58,204 bases of DNA, filler included, from Sphacelaria rigidula (GCA_964200075.2; 8 parts of 8 records of this genome joined end to end with filler, not necessarily neighbours in it); one strand, 5' to 3'; positions 1 to 13,141 are shown, numbered from the whole stretch's first letter. The notes: generated by a model from the letters alone, not told the origin. A program made the numbers and translations.

Positions 1-90
1 ATGCGTGGTCAATGGTCAAACGACTAAGGGGAGCAACAAATGAGTACGCCCCCATATTGCGCGTTTTGTTCTCTTTTTTCGCTGGGACAG

Positions 91-275
91 TCACGCAAGC
101 CCTCGCATCGCGCAAGAATCGCGTGGAGCTTACCCGGAAGGAAATCGACGAAGCCGAGGAGAGCCAGCGACATCCCTTCCCGTCGGAAATGTCGCTCTGG
201 ACTGTGGATGACGTGGGCCGGTGGTTGGACACCCTGCAGCTGGGAGAGTACAAGCAGGCATTCCGGGAGGGCAAG
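91..275 (+). CDS. SAM + ankyrin-repeat protein, internal exon (N-terminal half of SAM domain); 5' exons lie outside the contig
   Basis: Pyrimidine tract + acag| acceptor at 90/91 and aag|gtgaat donor at 275/276. Encodes WTVDDVGRWLDTLQLGEYKQAFREGK, a SAM-domain start motif. Confidence 0.85.
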
Positions 276-1124
276 GTGAATTGGTGCTGGACCTCCATTT
301 TGGGTAAAGATGTTTCCATTGAGAAGCGGGAGACATCAAGTCTGCTTGTTTTTTTCTCCCGTTTCTTCGCCTTGCTGCAGCCGTGGTTGACTTGACCGGT
401 GGATTATGCTTTAGACTTCGTCAGCTACGATCGGTTCCGTGAAGAATAAAAAGACAAGTAGAGCACATGACACGACATTACTTTTTTGGGGGGGGAAATT
501 TCAACCGGATAAGATACTTTGGACACATACAGGTTCGCAGCTTCCGCCCGTAATGGTATAACTACTGTACTACGAATGACGCTTAATGGAGGAAGCGTAA
601 TGCCAAGCAACGAGGTGAGCAAAGCGTGGAGGGGTGATTTTTGCTTGTCTTGAACGAAAGCACTCTCCCCCTCTGTGTCAATATATTCTACTTGTTTGGT
701 TCGTTTTGCCTTCCAGACCGGAACCAAATCCATCTCCCCGCTCAACGGTCGACGTTAACATTCACCTTATCAATGGACGGCATTGTACAGCTCATTTCTC
801 CGCGCTCCACAGGCGATAACAAGATGTACAACAATTGGGAGGGAAATACTGTATCATTGACAAAACGTTTGGTAAGCGCCTTTTTAAACAAGGAATATTT
901 GACCGACGGGAGACGTTCGACATGTTCCTATCCTCGACCCATAGTGTTAGTCAGGCTTACTTCTATAACCCGAAGTCGGGGAGGGTCTTCTAGCCTCGAT
1001 TGGGACAAACGCGATGCTCTCGAAGCAACGAACAAGTGAATGTGAGCTTTGACGATTTGCTTCATGCCTTCAGAAAATAGGCGCCGCTTATGCCATTTCC
1101 TGTTTTTCCGTACAACTGCTCAAT

Positions 1125-1338
1125 AGAGGTATCTCAAACTCGGCTCCCGGTACCCTGGTTTATTCGCTGACTCTGAGTTATTATGTACTATTTTTTCAAG
1201 TGAAAGTGATCGCGATTCATAGGAGGACCTGGTCTGGCGGTCAAAGGGTCTCATCATCTGATGAATCGGCGTCACTTTCACTTGAAAAAATAGAACACAA
1301 CAAACCAGGATACCGGGAGCCGAGTTTTAGATACCTCT
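1125..1338. mobile_element. MITE with nested inverted repeats in an intron (PIF/Harbinger-like if the TSD is AAT, Tc1/mariner-like if TA)
   Basis: About 37-bp TIR AGAGGTATCTcAAACTCGGCTCCCGGTAcCCTGGTTT (2 mismatches) plus an inner ~32-bp IR (TATTTTTTCAAGTGAAAGTGA...GATTCAT). Flanked by AAT on both sides. Confidence 0.85.
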
Positions 1339-1765
1339 AATAAGGTCTGTAGGTTTTGCGTCTTTGACGTGTCTTCATTCGTATTGGTCCCATTTTTCTA
1401 CAGACGTAAATCGTCTGTTTTCTACCTTCACAGTACACGATCGGGGATGAACCTTCGTAGAGCCTACACTACTGATAGGTGCAAAGCTGAGCCGTTCGAC
1501 TACACCGAAGGGGATGCGATCCAAACCACCTCCAGATCATGGTAACCTTTTCCTTTGCTACACGTCTGGGCGCAGTACTGACTCTACCCCGTATCTAAAG
1601 TTTTTCTAGGACCTCCTATCAGTGTAGTATCATGTTTGTCCGGTCTTGTGGAGCTTCGAAGCAAATGTCGGGAACAGCACGCAGCAGGCCCGGGGATGGA
1701 CATTGCCCGGGTATCATACCGATATCCCCATGTTTTGCACCCCCTCCAACCGTTGGGCGACACAG

Positions 1766-1981
1766 GTGGACGGGACATTCCTCGCCGAGCTACGAGAATC
1801 AGACCTCGTTGACTCGATCGGCATGGAGCACAAGCTCCACCTCAAAAAGCTTATTTTGGCGAGGCAAAAGCTGACCCCGCTGTCTGCAAGCGAGCAGTCG
1901 ATGGCGAGCTCTGTGAGGAGGGAGGATGCGGCCAAGATGCTGCGGGAAGACATCCCGGACATCGACACGGCCTTCTCCCAG
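1766..1981 (+). CDS. SAM + ankyrin-repeat protein, exon (C-terminal half of SAM)
   Basis: acag|gtggac acceptor and cag|gtacac donor, 216 nt, phase 0/0. VDGTFLAELRESDLVDSIGMEHKLHLKKLI continues the SAM fold in frame with the previous exon. Confidence 0.88.
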
Positions 1982-3276
1982 GTACACTACGACAGTTGCA
2001 AAGGTCCGTTCGGAACGGCACTCTGGGGGAGCTGGGAGAGAATAGCGGCATCGTTGAGAGCGAGGTGTACGTCGGATGTGTTTAACAATGAGCAAGAGGA
2101 GTTTGTTTCTACCCCAAACTTTTCACTTCGAGGTTTGTCGTATTGTTCGTTTCACTGTGACGGCCTGAGGGAACTCATGAACAAACAAAATCGGCAAGTG
2201 AATGGTGAGCGTAAAGTGGAAATGGACATCGTCGAAAACGACCTGCTTCTCCCGAGAAATTGGCGTGTGTGGAAATTAGCAATAAAGACAGCAAACTAGA
2301 AGACCACTCGACCGTGATTTCTTCATCCAAGAGTAGTACACACACGGAGTGCATATATTTTGTAGTCTACGCTGACTTGTTTCCACAGTGCTCAACCATT
2401 TAGCCCCAGGTTTAGTCCGCAGCTTGAAATCGTGAAGTCCACATTGTGACGAGAAAGGCGGAACGATCTTGCAGTATCCCGTATATCTATTCTGCACTTT
2501 TTTTTCGCTATAGGCAGTGCTCAGAGAGGGTGAAAAACTTCTGGAAGAGATTTATTTTCACGCGTCCCAGCAGAGGAAATGGCCGTACGTGTCACTTCTA
2601 GGTCATGCGTCGTTCTTGTAGACTCTGGAGCTCTTTTTTGCGTTGCCTCCGTGGTGGTGCCGATAGACTCGTAGCAATTTCTTCCGACTGTAATGTTGTG
2701 GTGCTGCGTAGCTGTTGCTTTCAAATCATGTGCAACTCGAGAAAATTGAAAGAGGTAACAAAAGGCTGATTATGGGAGAGCCAGGAAAAGTGATTGTGAT
2801 GAGTCCGTTCCACATCGCACTGTGCGGAATTGGGCGTCAGGCGACTTACGAGTACTGTTGCGAAATATCCGTGCAGCGTACGCCCTGAATTTGTATGCAA
2901 AACTACTTCGCAATGAATGCGTGTCGAACTGAAGGGCACACGTTCAATTGAGAGGTACTGCGAAGGTCGGAGAACACGTACCCATCGATGTTTCTTACTA
3001 GTGGGATTCTGGGGGTGAATACTACTTGCAGCTGAAAAATGATTGTCTCCAAGAACAAATCTTGAGGATGCCCTTCCAATGAGGGAAGCTTCGGTGTCAG
3101 TTGCAGCGTCACGGGGGCTTGAGAAAATATTTCGTCTCTGACGCGTGCCCTCCGAACACCAGACGCTATTGGACGTGCAATCCGGGGAAAGTGACCAAAC
3201 ACTTTCTCCTACTCCCTCTCCCCACCCCTCTTCGATCGCTGCGTGACTATTTCACGATGTCTCCCGTTCACTCCAG

Positions 3277-3390
3277 GCGAGACACGGCAAGAAGAAACGG
3301 TTGGAGGAATCGTTGAACGTTGGATTTGACATCGAATCTGAGGACGAGACCGGAAACACGCTTCTAATAATTGCTGTGCAGCAGCTTCAA
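3277..3390 (+). CDS. SAM + ankyrin-repeat protein, exon (ankyrin repeats)
   Basis: ctccag| acceptor and caa|gtgagg donor, 114 nt, phase 0/0. ARHGKKKRLEESLNVGFDIESEDETGNTLLIIAVQQLQ carries the ankyrin D-x-x-G-N-T-x-L motif. Confidence 0.85.
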
Positions 3391-4217
3391 GTGAGGCTTG
3401 TAGCGTGAACATGAGCGGTTGTATGAGATACATGACTTATAAGCAGTGGTGATGTGGATGTGTCACAGGGTAAACCATTCATGTTTGGCATATCGAGCGG
3501 GGAAACTACGAGTGCTTTCCTAGATCATGTCCTCTCGGATTCTTGTTACTATTTTTTTCATATTACTTTCGTTTTTCACACCTCATCGTTTGATGTGGAG
3601 GAACACACGGCAGCTTCCTGCTTGGCGCGACGAAAGTAGGACGGCCTATTTGAGTAGTAGCTTGCAAGATAGACTAGGGTAAAATATTGTCAGGGCTAAC
3701 AGAACGAGCGCAAGCCTACGGATATGATACAAACGTGTGATAGGTAGCTGAATACAAGCTACATCCATTGGATGTGTCTGTTTGCTCTTGCCATCTACGA
3801 CGTGATATTTTTGAAGCAAGAACAGCAACATCCAGCGCCTATCTGATACCCACAGCAGGATACATTACTTGAAATCTAAGCACCCTCATGTTTTCCTCCT
3901 TCTCATGCAGGGGAGATCAAAGGTATGTATATATATATATATATATATATCTTGCGTGCCTCGTTTCGTGCTCGCGCGCTGTTGAAGACTTCAACGCAAT
4001 CTAACTTGATTTTCAACACCCTTCCGCCATTTCCGATTGACTGAAGGGCAATGCGGACGTCATGAGAGCACCTGTTCATTTCAGAAGATGCAGGCGGGTT
4101 TCTGTCTAGTGATATCGATAAGACATCATTGTACGCTCGTGTCTTGGTGAGCCTCATTTTTTCCTCTCCGCCAAACTCGACCCCGTTTAAACTATGTCCA
4201 TATATGCCCCGTGACAG

Positions 4218-4392
4218 ATTGCGGTCGTCGAGTTCCTTTTAAAGCGGGGTGCCAACATCAATCACGCCAATGCGGCCGGGAATACGGCTCTGCACTTCGC
4301 CATGTCATACGACACTAGCGGGAAGATGGGGGAGTTCCTCATCAACAACGGGGCCGATGACTCCCTCGAGAACAAGAACGGTTTATCTCCTT
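4218..4392 (+). CDS. SAM + ankyrin-repeat protein, exon (ankyrin repeats)
   Basis: gacag| acceptor and t|gtaagc donor (phase 1). IAVVEFLLKRGANINHANAAGNTALHFAMSYDTSGKMGEFLINNGADDSLENKNGLSP gives canonical ankyrin repeats. Confidence 0.9.
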
Positions 4393-5134
4393 GTAAGCTT
4401 CCCCTCCCCCCTAAACCAAGCCGTGTATTTCGAGAAAACCAACAAAAAAGGCAAAAATATATTACTGTATGTGTGTATACATGTGTAAACACAACATGCA
4501 AAAAATGCACACATACGAGCGATGCTACGATAGGGTTGCACAAATATTCTCCGAGGTTAAAATTGCTAGGAGCCCTTTATTTAATGCAAAACACGACATA
4601 TGAAATATATGAAAGTACGCCAGGATTAATATTCCAATGTGCTCCGGATATCCCGAACGAATTTGCAAACGGGGATGCCCTGATCCATATTCTTGTGCAT
4701 CTAGAATCGTTGGGGACCCCTGAACCAGACACGATTTCGCGCCAAAAGTGCATCCCTACCGTAGCATTGCTCATACACAACACGCAAAACACCTGAACAT
4801 GGCGCCATCCGACGACACTCGACGGAGGCGACGAGCCTCCACACACCTTGGATCGGAATGGGTGAAGATCGTCTGATCGTATGCATACGCCACACAGGAC
4901 TCAACATACAGTTCGTTGCCAACACGCACGTGGTGAGCCAAAATGTCTGACAGTGCTATTTTACCATCATTACTTTACCTTGTTCTTCCGTCACTATGGT
5001 GAAAAAAAAACTCTTGTATCCTAACAAACATATTGATCGCGACCGCCCCCTCCCCTTCCCCTCCTCCCGCCCGGTATTCTAACAACCTCATGGTGCCTCT
5101 TTGTGCCATCTCCAATGCGGTGGTTAACTTTCAG

Positions 5135-5148
5135 ACGACGGCATCTGA
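5135..5148 (+). CDS. SAM + ankyrin-repeat protein, probable terminal coding exon (YDGI-stop)
   Basis: taactttcag|ac gac ggc atc tga completes the phase-1 codon T|AC, giving ...GLSPYDGI*, a natural ankyrin-type ending. Confidence 0.65.
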
Positions 5149-6809
5149 ACTCTGCTGGGTACATCTCCAGATTGATGGTCGGGGCTGCGATTGACGGGCG
5201 CGGCACGGAGAACTTCCTTTCCACCACGGCCGGCCGAGACCGTAATACTGTAGTCCCCCACGAAGGGGGTAACGGACTGATATTATGGCGTCCGGGACAA
5301 GATCCGGTGCTTCGCTCATTCGCTGCACTCGAGCACGCATGTAGAAGTCAGCTGATATTGTGAGGTTCCGTCTCGAGAACCTTCAGTTCGCTACTTTTTG
5401 CTATATTCGTACAATAGCGAGGGTGCTTTCGGAAAACATCATGTTGGTTGATGCTTCGTTCGGACCACCGCACTACTACAACATGGCCTCCACGGAACAG
5501 TTTGTGAAGTACAGAAGCCTTTCAAGTGTGTAAAAGTATCTTTTATGTGGGTGCCATCGTATCGTGCACGCCGGAATACGTCTCCACTATTAGTCGGCGG
5601 GGGACGCGTCGTGATGCCCAGCGCGAATCATATACTCTTATCCGTTGTGCGTGGTCGTTTGCTCGTCACCGAAAAGGCCAGGGGTAGAAATTTGTTTCTT
5701 TTTAGTGTCAAGTGGAGACAAGAGTAGGGCAAAACGCTCTCCGCTCGCATGCTGAGGCGCGTCTTTCTTTCAACCGAAGTTGGCGGGTATTTTTCCCGTC
5801 CATGGTGACCCCAGTTGTGGCACTCCTCTTTTAATTTGTTCAGCTTGCTTTTGTAGGGCTCATGGGTAAGAACTCATGCCCATAATAGTGTAGGCCGAAA
5901 TTGCTGAGCCGCAATCTCCTCCCACGATCTTTTGGTTTCGTGTTGTGTATGGATGCACGCGCTTTTTGGTGCAAGGCCTTGTTCACCTCAAGCTATGTTC
6001 CAGAGGCCGGCCATTTCTAGTTTCATTTGGCTTTTTTTTAATACATAGAACTATGTATGTATTTTCCTAGCATTTGTCCCTTCCCTTCCTTTCCTCTCTC
6101 TGCTTGGCTTTGTCTTGTCTTTGTTAATTTTTAGTCTATTTCCTTTGTTACTTGTATCCTCCTGATTTTTCCATCTATATTTTTTCTTCTCCAGCAAGTG
6201 TTTCCGTTTTGTGTAGGTTAGGTACGTCTATTCTGTGGCCACTAATGGGTCATGACTCCTAGGGGATCAGTTAATTTACAACAACCAGTCGATCAATCAC
6301 TCATTCCCCCAGTTGCTTGCTGCTTTCAGTTTCAATGGCCCAAGTGATTCATATGTAGCTCACAGAAAACAATAAATAAAACAAGATGCTAGACAAAAGA
6401 GTAGAGGGGTACTGTACCGCCGCAACAAACGCTCGCACGGGTGCTTACATCATCGAAGGCGACCGAGCACACTAACACCCCCCAGCGTGACAACTGCCCG
6501 ATCCCATTGTTGTCGACTATTGCTGCGGCTGCGCCGTTGGGGGTTGGACGCCACGACTAATGATTCGTCCATTTTCGACTTCTTCGCAAATTATTCACCA
6601 TAGAGTTCGTTCAAGGATGGGGATTCGCACTTATTTAGGACTCGTTAGGGGGGGGGTATACTCATGATTTTGTACACCATAGTCATGGATTCATTGACAT
6701 CGTATCCCTACAAAGACGGGACGGAGCACGCCGGGTTTTCGCCGGACCAAGCTCGCCATCAGCAGGCGCGAAGCGCCGTGATGTGTCTGGCGAGTCGATG
6801 AGGGTTGAC

Positions 6810-6950
6810 CTGCACCCTGCTAAGATCATTTGGCCTGAATCGTACTAATTATTTGCATGTGGATGACAGCCTCGAATGAGTTGCTTCATTTCTGGTTTCG
6901 TCATTGCTAGAGACAGCCACGGGTTGCATTGCACCATGGGTGTCTCACCA
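6810..6950. repeat. Dispersed repeat, diverged copy of 7292-7436
   Basis: Colinear shared blocks CTGCA-CCTGCTAAGAT, TTGCAT--GGATGACAG, AGAGACAGCCA and GGGTGTCT-ACCA on two different contigs. Confidence 0.7.
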
Positions 6951-7188
6951 TGTACGCACTGCGCGGCACGACCATCCCCTTTGCGCGAGTTTGAGGTCCT
7001 TCGTCACGCACGATATGGTATAATTCGATCATCGTCATGGTTTTTGCCCCAAAATACGGGGAGAAACAGTAACCTGCTTGCTTAGCTGACGTCGTGAGTG
7101 GCGTGTTTTACTCTGTCGTTGCTAACCCACGTCAACCCTGAAAGGGACATATGATGGGGGGGGGGGGGGGGGGGGGGCAGTGTTTTGT

Positions 7189-7288
7189 NNNNNNNNNNNN
7201 NNNNNNNNNNNNNNNNNNNNNNNNNNNNNNNNTTAATTAATTAANNNNNNNNNNNNNNNNNNNNNNNNNNNNNNNNNNNNNNNNNNNN
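7189..7288. other. Artificial 100-bp contig linker (also at 14477-14576, 21765-21864, 29053-29152, 36341-36440, 43629-43728, 50917-51016)
   Basis: N44-TTAATTAATTAA-N44 (stops in all six frames) recurs every 7288 bp. Confidence 0.98.
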
Positions 7289-10041
7289 GAGCTGCATCCT
7301 GCTAAGATTGTTCGGCCCAAAGCCCACTGATTATCTTGCATTCGGATGACAGTCAACGATGAGGTGCTTTATTCTGTGGTATCGCCACTTCGAGAGACAG
7401 CCATGGCTTTTACACTGCCTCACGGGTGTCTAACCAGGGGGGCTTGTTTCGTTTTCTTGGCAGGAGCAAGTGGGGCGAATTGCCCAGTCTGCTTTGGATC
7501 GCACTCGTAGGTGGGAAGGACAGTGTTTTTGTGCGTCGAACTGGGATCATTCGTAGTGGTTCTCTGAGTGGAATTTTTCTAGATTACAATGATGAGTAAG
7601 TACCCTGGTGGGACCTCTGGGACTGGCAAAAGAAAAACGCTTGTACCACCGCTGTAGGTGTCGCGACGATCCCGAGGGGTTAGAGTTGGAACTCTGAGAG
7701 CCGAAGAGCGCTGCCGCTGCATTTGGGCTGGGTCCCCTTAGTGTGTCAATATTTTGATCGTCGGGAGCTAATTGTACGGTGACAGGTCGTGTTGGTTCGT
7801 CGGGGATTCCGCCCCTCGAGACGGCGGTGTGACTCACCGGGTGTTGTGTTGAGACGGACACCGGCGGAAACCACACTAGTTTGCTGTTGTTTTTCGTGTG
7901 CGAACGAAGCAAGAGCCACGTGGTTGGCACAAGAAGTGCAAGATCTGATGAGCGGGGGCAGACACGGTACATGCAAAGCGGGGCGGACCCCTCTTTTTCA
8001 TCATTTACTAGTGAAGTTGGCAGGGTTTGGCCCTCGCGTTTTAGGGTTCGCTGTTCTTCTCTCGCCCGTGAGTGGCAGCGGGCGTCGTGCCCCATATTGT
8101 GTACGGCCTTGATCTTGTACCGTATGCTTAACCAGGATGGAGGGAGAATCTATGAGTGGGCATTTATTCGCGTGCAAGAAACATCAAATCGTTTCTTCAT
8201 GCGTGGGCAGATGGACGACACGATGATATTTAGTGTGTGCCGTCGATTGTGCCCAAAAAAGGCAACAGGCCAACTACAAGAAGTGTAGGACTCGTGTCTG
8301 CTTTTTGTAAGTTTTGCGTTCTCAAATGTAGGACATGTTAAATAGTCCAACACACTTCAATCAGTGCACTGGATATGTATGAGTATATGCCTGCTTGGGC
8401 TGTCATGATCCAATAGCGACTGCCAATGAACGTAGCATAACAGAACAACGCACGGGGGTTTATCGTACTAGACGCCAGACCGCCCTAGCCGGCTGGTCTG
8501 AAGTGAAAAATGGTCGAAGGTTGATCGAGTTTTGGGTAGGTGGTCGTTCATATATATATATATGGTAGGCGTGTCCTAGCATGTGCTATGTCGTGGGTTT
8601 CAAGTTGTAGAGGCACGACTCCATGTTACTCGTCGGCGTGGTGCTCCTCGTTTTTGTTTTGATTTATGTACTTTTCGCGTGTCATTGAATCCATTTCCAA
8701 TAGTTTGGCGTGGACTAGCAATCCAGCTTTACATTACTTGGAATTTGTGGAGACAATGTTGTCTGTGATGAAATGGGCCGAGTTTCGAAAGAGTGGTGCT
8801 CAAAATGTAATCCCAGCTCTTTTTTACAACAGTGAAGAGCTGTCGTACTGTGATTGGTTGGCTACGGCTTCGACCGTTCAGTCGGTGTGTCGTTGACTCA
8901 GACCGACTCGTTGCGCTCACAGACAAGTTCATGTTGGGAAGAAGAACAAGAAGTCTAAGCACTCATATGGATACTCACTGAAGAGGAAATTCAGGATGCC
9001 GACGGCTGTCGTGACACAGGCTGGTAATCAACTGTCCTTTCAGCATATGGCCAATGAGCGTGTGCATTGGTCGAGCATGATAGGGTGATGACCACAGCAA
9101 ACATGTGTCCACATGCGCAGGAACATGATGACGCACGAACATGCTTGAGGGTTGGACAGATGCAGAGTCGAAAGGTCTGTCAGCATGAGACACATTCAGA
9201 GGCATGTTTAGCTCGTGTCGATTTTTTCTTCACACCCTCGATGCCGTACCTCGTTTCGCAAAACACCGCAGGCTGATCTCTAAGGCAAGTAATCACGACA
9301 CTAATTAGCTGAGAAATTCATGCTAGCGACCACCACCACCGATATAAAGATGATTGCTGCGTCCTACATGTTGCCCAACTCCTGACTCATGATCATCACT
9401 TGACCAAAGCATGCGTTCTTCACATACTTCCAGTGGCCCACCTAGCATCACCCATCTCAAGGGTTTGGGCGCAAAAGGGACTCACCCAACGAAGACACAT
9501 GCAAACGCCAGCAACGCGAAGTAAACTGCCAGGATAGGGGAAAATGACCCTAGTAGTGTCTCATCCGGGATCCGAACCGGAACAAAAAGTGGGAACACTG
9601 GCACCAACGCAGCGAAAGGGCGCGTTTTACCATTTTGTGAAGAAACACCCCGTCACCTTGAGATGAAGGTGTAGATGTTAAGGGGCCCTTTCAAGTTTGT
9701 ACTTCTGACACTGCTTAGCCGCCGTTCCTGGATTTCCAGAACGTGAAGTGTCTTTGCAATCGAGTCGAGTGTAATCCACGATACGGTATCGTTTCATGTG
9801 ATGAGCGTAAAAAGCTTGAGAGGTCTCGAAGCTTGTACACATCACTATACTGATCAAGAGGAAAGCGCGATGTCCCTTTCAAGTACCACACGGCGAGATT
9901 TTGAATCCAAGAACACCAACTAACTTCGTGCAGCGAAAGTTAGCGGGTTGCGTTGTTGGTTGACCTTTAGCACCGAAGGTAAGACGGTCATGCTTGTCCT
10001 TATGCTCGATCAGCAGCCACTCCCTTTCCCCCTCTCTCCTA

Positions 10042-11483
10042 CTAAATACTGCTGGAGTAGGCAACAATATTAGTAGGGAGCGGCGAGGATCCCTCAACCA
10101 ACATAACTCTATCCAATCCTACTCCTCCCGCGTCTCGCGCGGTTGCTACACGTCGGGAGGTCGAACAAGAGGAACGTGGTCGATGATTTCTCCGTGATGG
10201 TGCTCCCCCCGTAAATGCCGGGCTGTTCGCCGTGGACGCCCGGAGAGTGGGGGCACTTGCCTCTCGGAACGGAGACATCTCCGTCCGCACAAACGGCGTA
10301 CGATTGTCCCAAGGCACAGCACGTCGTCTTACAGGCGACCTTGCACCTACACCTTTTCTACCACGCCGAGTAGATGACCTCTCCGCCGCGATTGATGCAA
10401 GACCGATTGCACAAGACATCGTATGAAGTCTTCGGGGCACCTCTGACCCGCTATCCGTAATCTTTCTATCACTCTGCGCAATGGGCGATGGTTCAGGCGC
10501 GGCTGATGAACGACAGACCCGAGAGCTGGCGTCACTGTCTCTCAGCGCGACGCCGTTCTGCTCCTTCCTCCGACCACCCCCTCGTTGTTCTCTCAACTGC
10601 GCCTGAACAACCTCGATTGCCACCGCCCTTTTTAGCGCACATATCGTCGGGTACTCACCACGGTGATGCGGGCCGCTGAGTTCGTTCAACTTCTCCAGCA
10701 ACCGTACCTCCTCCTTCTTCGACCTAGACAAACGCGACGACGGGCGACGACGACCAACACTACTACTACTTGCACAACGTCGGCCCGAAGGCAGAGAAGC
10801 TGATGTTATTTTTCTTTTTCCTCCCCCATCGCGCGGAAGGTCGGTCGTTGGACCTAGAGCAACCACAGTGCCAGTGCCAGCATCAGTAATATAATCACTC
10901 ACAGCACGAATGCCACGGGCTGGCGGTGGTGGTATCACAGGCCGGGGTAACGGAATATCGGGGTTCCACCCCGTGCACTGCTGGTGCTGCGGCTCCTGCC
11001 TTGACCGGCTAAGACCGGGTGCGGTTGCTGGTCTTACCGTACATAGGTCTCGATCTAGTGCTAGTTTATTCACCCCGACGTCACCAAAATATTCTTGTTT
11101 ACAACGTCTTCGACCGGCGCTACTGGGTGCGTGCTTGCCAGGCCGTGTTCCTGGAGTACTCTTACATGCACGCGTTGAGCTGGGGAGAGGTGAGCTACTG
11201 TCCGCTATCCCGATGTAGGCGCGCCGACCCGGAGAAAATACAGGTTCGCCCAACGGCGAAGCGTCAAGCTTCGAGACACGCGCTTGTATATACGCCGCCA
11301 AGTGACCATCCCGACCATATTTTGAGGGGCTAGTTTTCTTGCGTGATACTTTCCGCCTCTCAGCTGACCGCTTAGTGTCTACCTCTGCAGCTCGCTGACT
11401 CCTGCGCCCCACGGTACATGTTTTGACTGCGTCGCCGAGTTTTCTGTTCCGAGATCTACTGGTACGGTCAGTGCCAAACATTT
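10042..11483 (-). CDS. Unknown Arg/Ser/Pro-rich, probably disordered protein, large exon
   Basis: 1.44-kb open frame (479 aa), far longer than neighbouring chance ORFs, preceded by a gacag| acceptor. No domain recognised. An internal donor (GGTGAGT near 10655) could shorten the exon. Confidence 0.65.
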
Positions 11484-11555
11484 CTGTCTTGTATTGTTGT
11501 CGGGGGGGGGAATGAGCGCTGCTTGATAGCCTCTGCGAAGATGTTCATAACTAAC

Positions 11556-11601
11556 CGGGCCGAGAACGGTGTAGAAGTGGATTAATTGTTCTTGGCGGCA
11601 T
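11556..11601 (-). CDS. Probable first exon of the unknown minus-strand gene (MPPRTINPLLHRSRP)
   Basis: ATG at 11601 and g|gttagt donor. A 72-nt intron (11484-11555) joins it in phase 1 to the 479-aa frame (G|AA ATG). Confidence 0.5.
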
Positions 11602-12030
11602 GCACTCTTGCGAATGGTCTCTGAGTGTGATACTGCGCAAGTTCATTTCCAACTGACAAAAAACAGTTGAACAAATAAATGCACTTTACGTGCACGTTGT
11701 TCTAACAAAAGATCAGTTTCAACGCTAGGAACGATTTCACGATATTTATTTGACAGAAATCACAGCAAGCGAGGTACTTGTCTTCAAGCAAATTTCCATA
11801 TGAGGGAAAGTAATCTTTGCAGTTGCTACCTTTCAGATCGTACTTGTGACCAAGGAGTGTGTACTTGATGATGTCTTGCCTTTTGTGTAAGTGTATGACA
11901 ATCTACGGGTCTGAACAACAAAAAATAGCTCTATGAAAAACAACACGTAAATCTTGCGCCAAGGTCTTTCCCTTATCATCTTCTACTGAGTACAGTACGC
12001 AGCAATAGATTACGGCAACATAAATGCGAG
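11602..12030. promoter_or_regulatory. Putative bidirectional promoter region
   Basis: About 430-bp AT-richer interval between two divergent start codons on one contig. Confidence 0.4.
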
Positions 12031-12374
12031 ATGCGGAGGCTAAGCTTTCAAGGTCTTGTACATCAACACACCAAAACAAAAACAGACGACATATTAGACA
12101 CAGAGACGGGAGAAATTAATATTTCTGCTCGTAGCGCTAGCGAAAAGAAAGTCAGGCGCCGATCCTCCATCTCCGTGACGTCCGTGTCGCCAGCGGCTGT
12201 CAAAGCCAACCTGAACAAAAGGATGAACTGGGTGAGGCGGTCTCTAGCTGTGGCTGTTGACAAGGCCGCGAATTTGCTGATGGAAGACGAAGATGACGAT
12301 GCTGATGACGATAGGACATACTACGGGCTGTGCATGCAGAGGGTGCAGGGGCAGCTAATCGAGTTCGAAGACAG
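12031..12374 (+). CDS. FHIP/FAM160 (RAI16-like) family protein, exon 1
   Basis: ATG-initiated frame ending at a gacag|gtgggt donor (phase 2), which splices in frame to the 13142 exon. Confidence 0.75.
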
Positions 12375-13141
12375 GTGGGTGTCGTGGTTCGGGTCGAGTC
12401 TTTTCGTCGGCGCAATGGTTGTGTATAGTGTTCAGTACTGCGATACGGTGGAGAGATGTTTCTGTAGTTCGAGTACCGACAGGACAGTGCAACAGGTCGT
12501 GCAGGGTTGCCCTGCCGAGTGGGCCGATATGAGATGGGGTTGCGACAGGGATACTTCAATAGGGTGCGCATTTCCGTCGCAGTGTTTTTGCACCTTCATT
12601 TTTGTCCGCATGTGAGCCCATGCATCACGATTCTCTCTGCCCCTGCACTGTGAGGAGTCGTTGGCGAATGTTCTTGTCCCGCAGATCGGGTGAGCAGACA
12701 GTCGCCACATTTGAAAAAACGATTATCCCGCCACGATATATTTTTGTTGGCACAACACAGCAGTCACAGTTATAGTGTAAAGCCAGCACACATGATACTT
12801 CACGATCAACATGCTGCACTGACTGTTGTCAGCAGTACACGTAGTTGCACGTATGTTTGGAAGCTGATCGTCGGAAAACCGTGACGCAACATCGCTGCCC
12901 CACCGTTCTCCCGGGGCATACTTGTGTATCCCCTCCATTGACGTTGTGCCCTCCCTGCCGCTCACACGCACCCCCTGGACGCTTACACGCCCTTGAATGC
13001 ACCTACTTCAATCTCGTACACAGCTCACGATATGCCGTCTGCCTGTATTGTGCTGATGCCCTGCCCTCGCTGCCCTCGTTGAATGAACAAACGTGCCCTC
13101 CTCCGGTGAAAACACACGAAACAAACACGAGAACAAAGCAG

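Noticed and set aside
6810-7436. Apparent local duplication flanking the first gap
   Set aside because: The copies are diverged and lie on unrelated contigs, so this is a dispersed repeat, not an overlap or tandem duplication.
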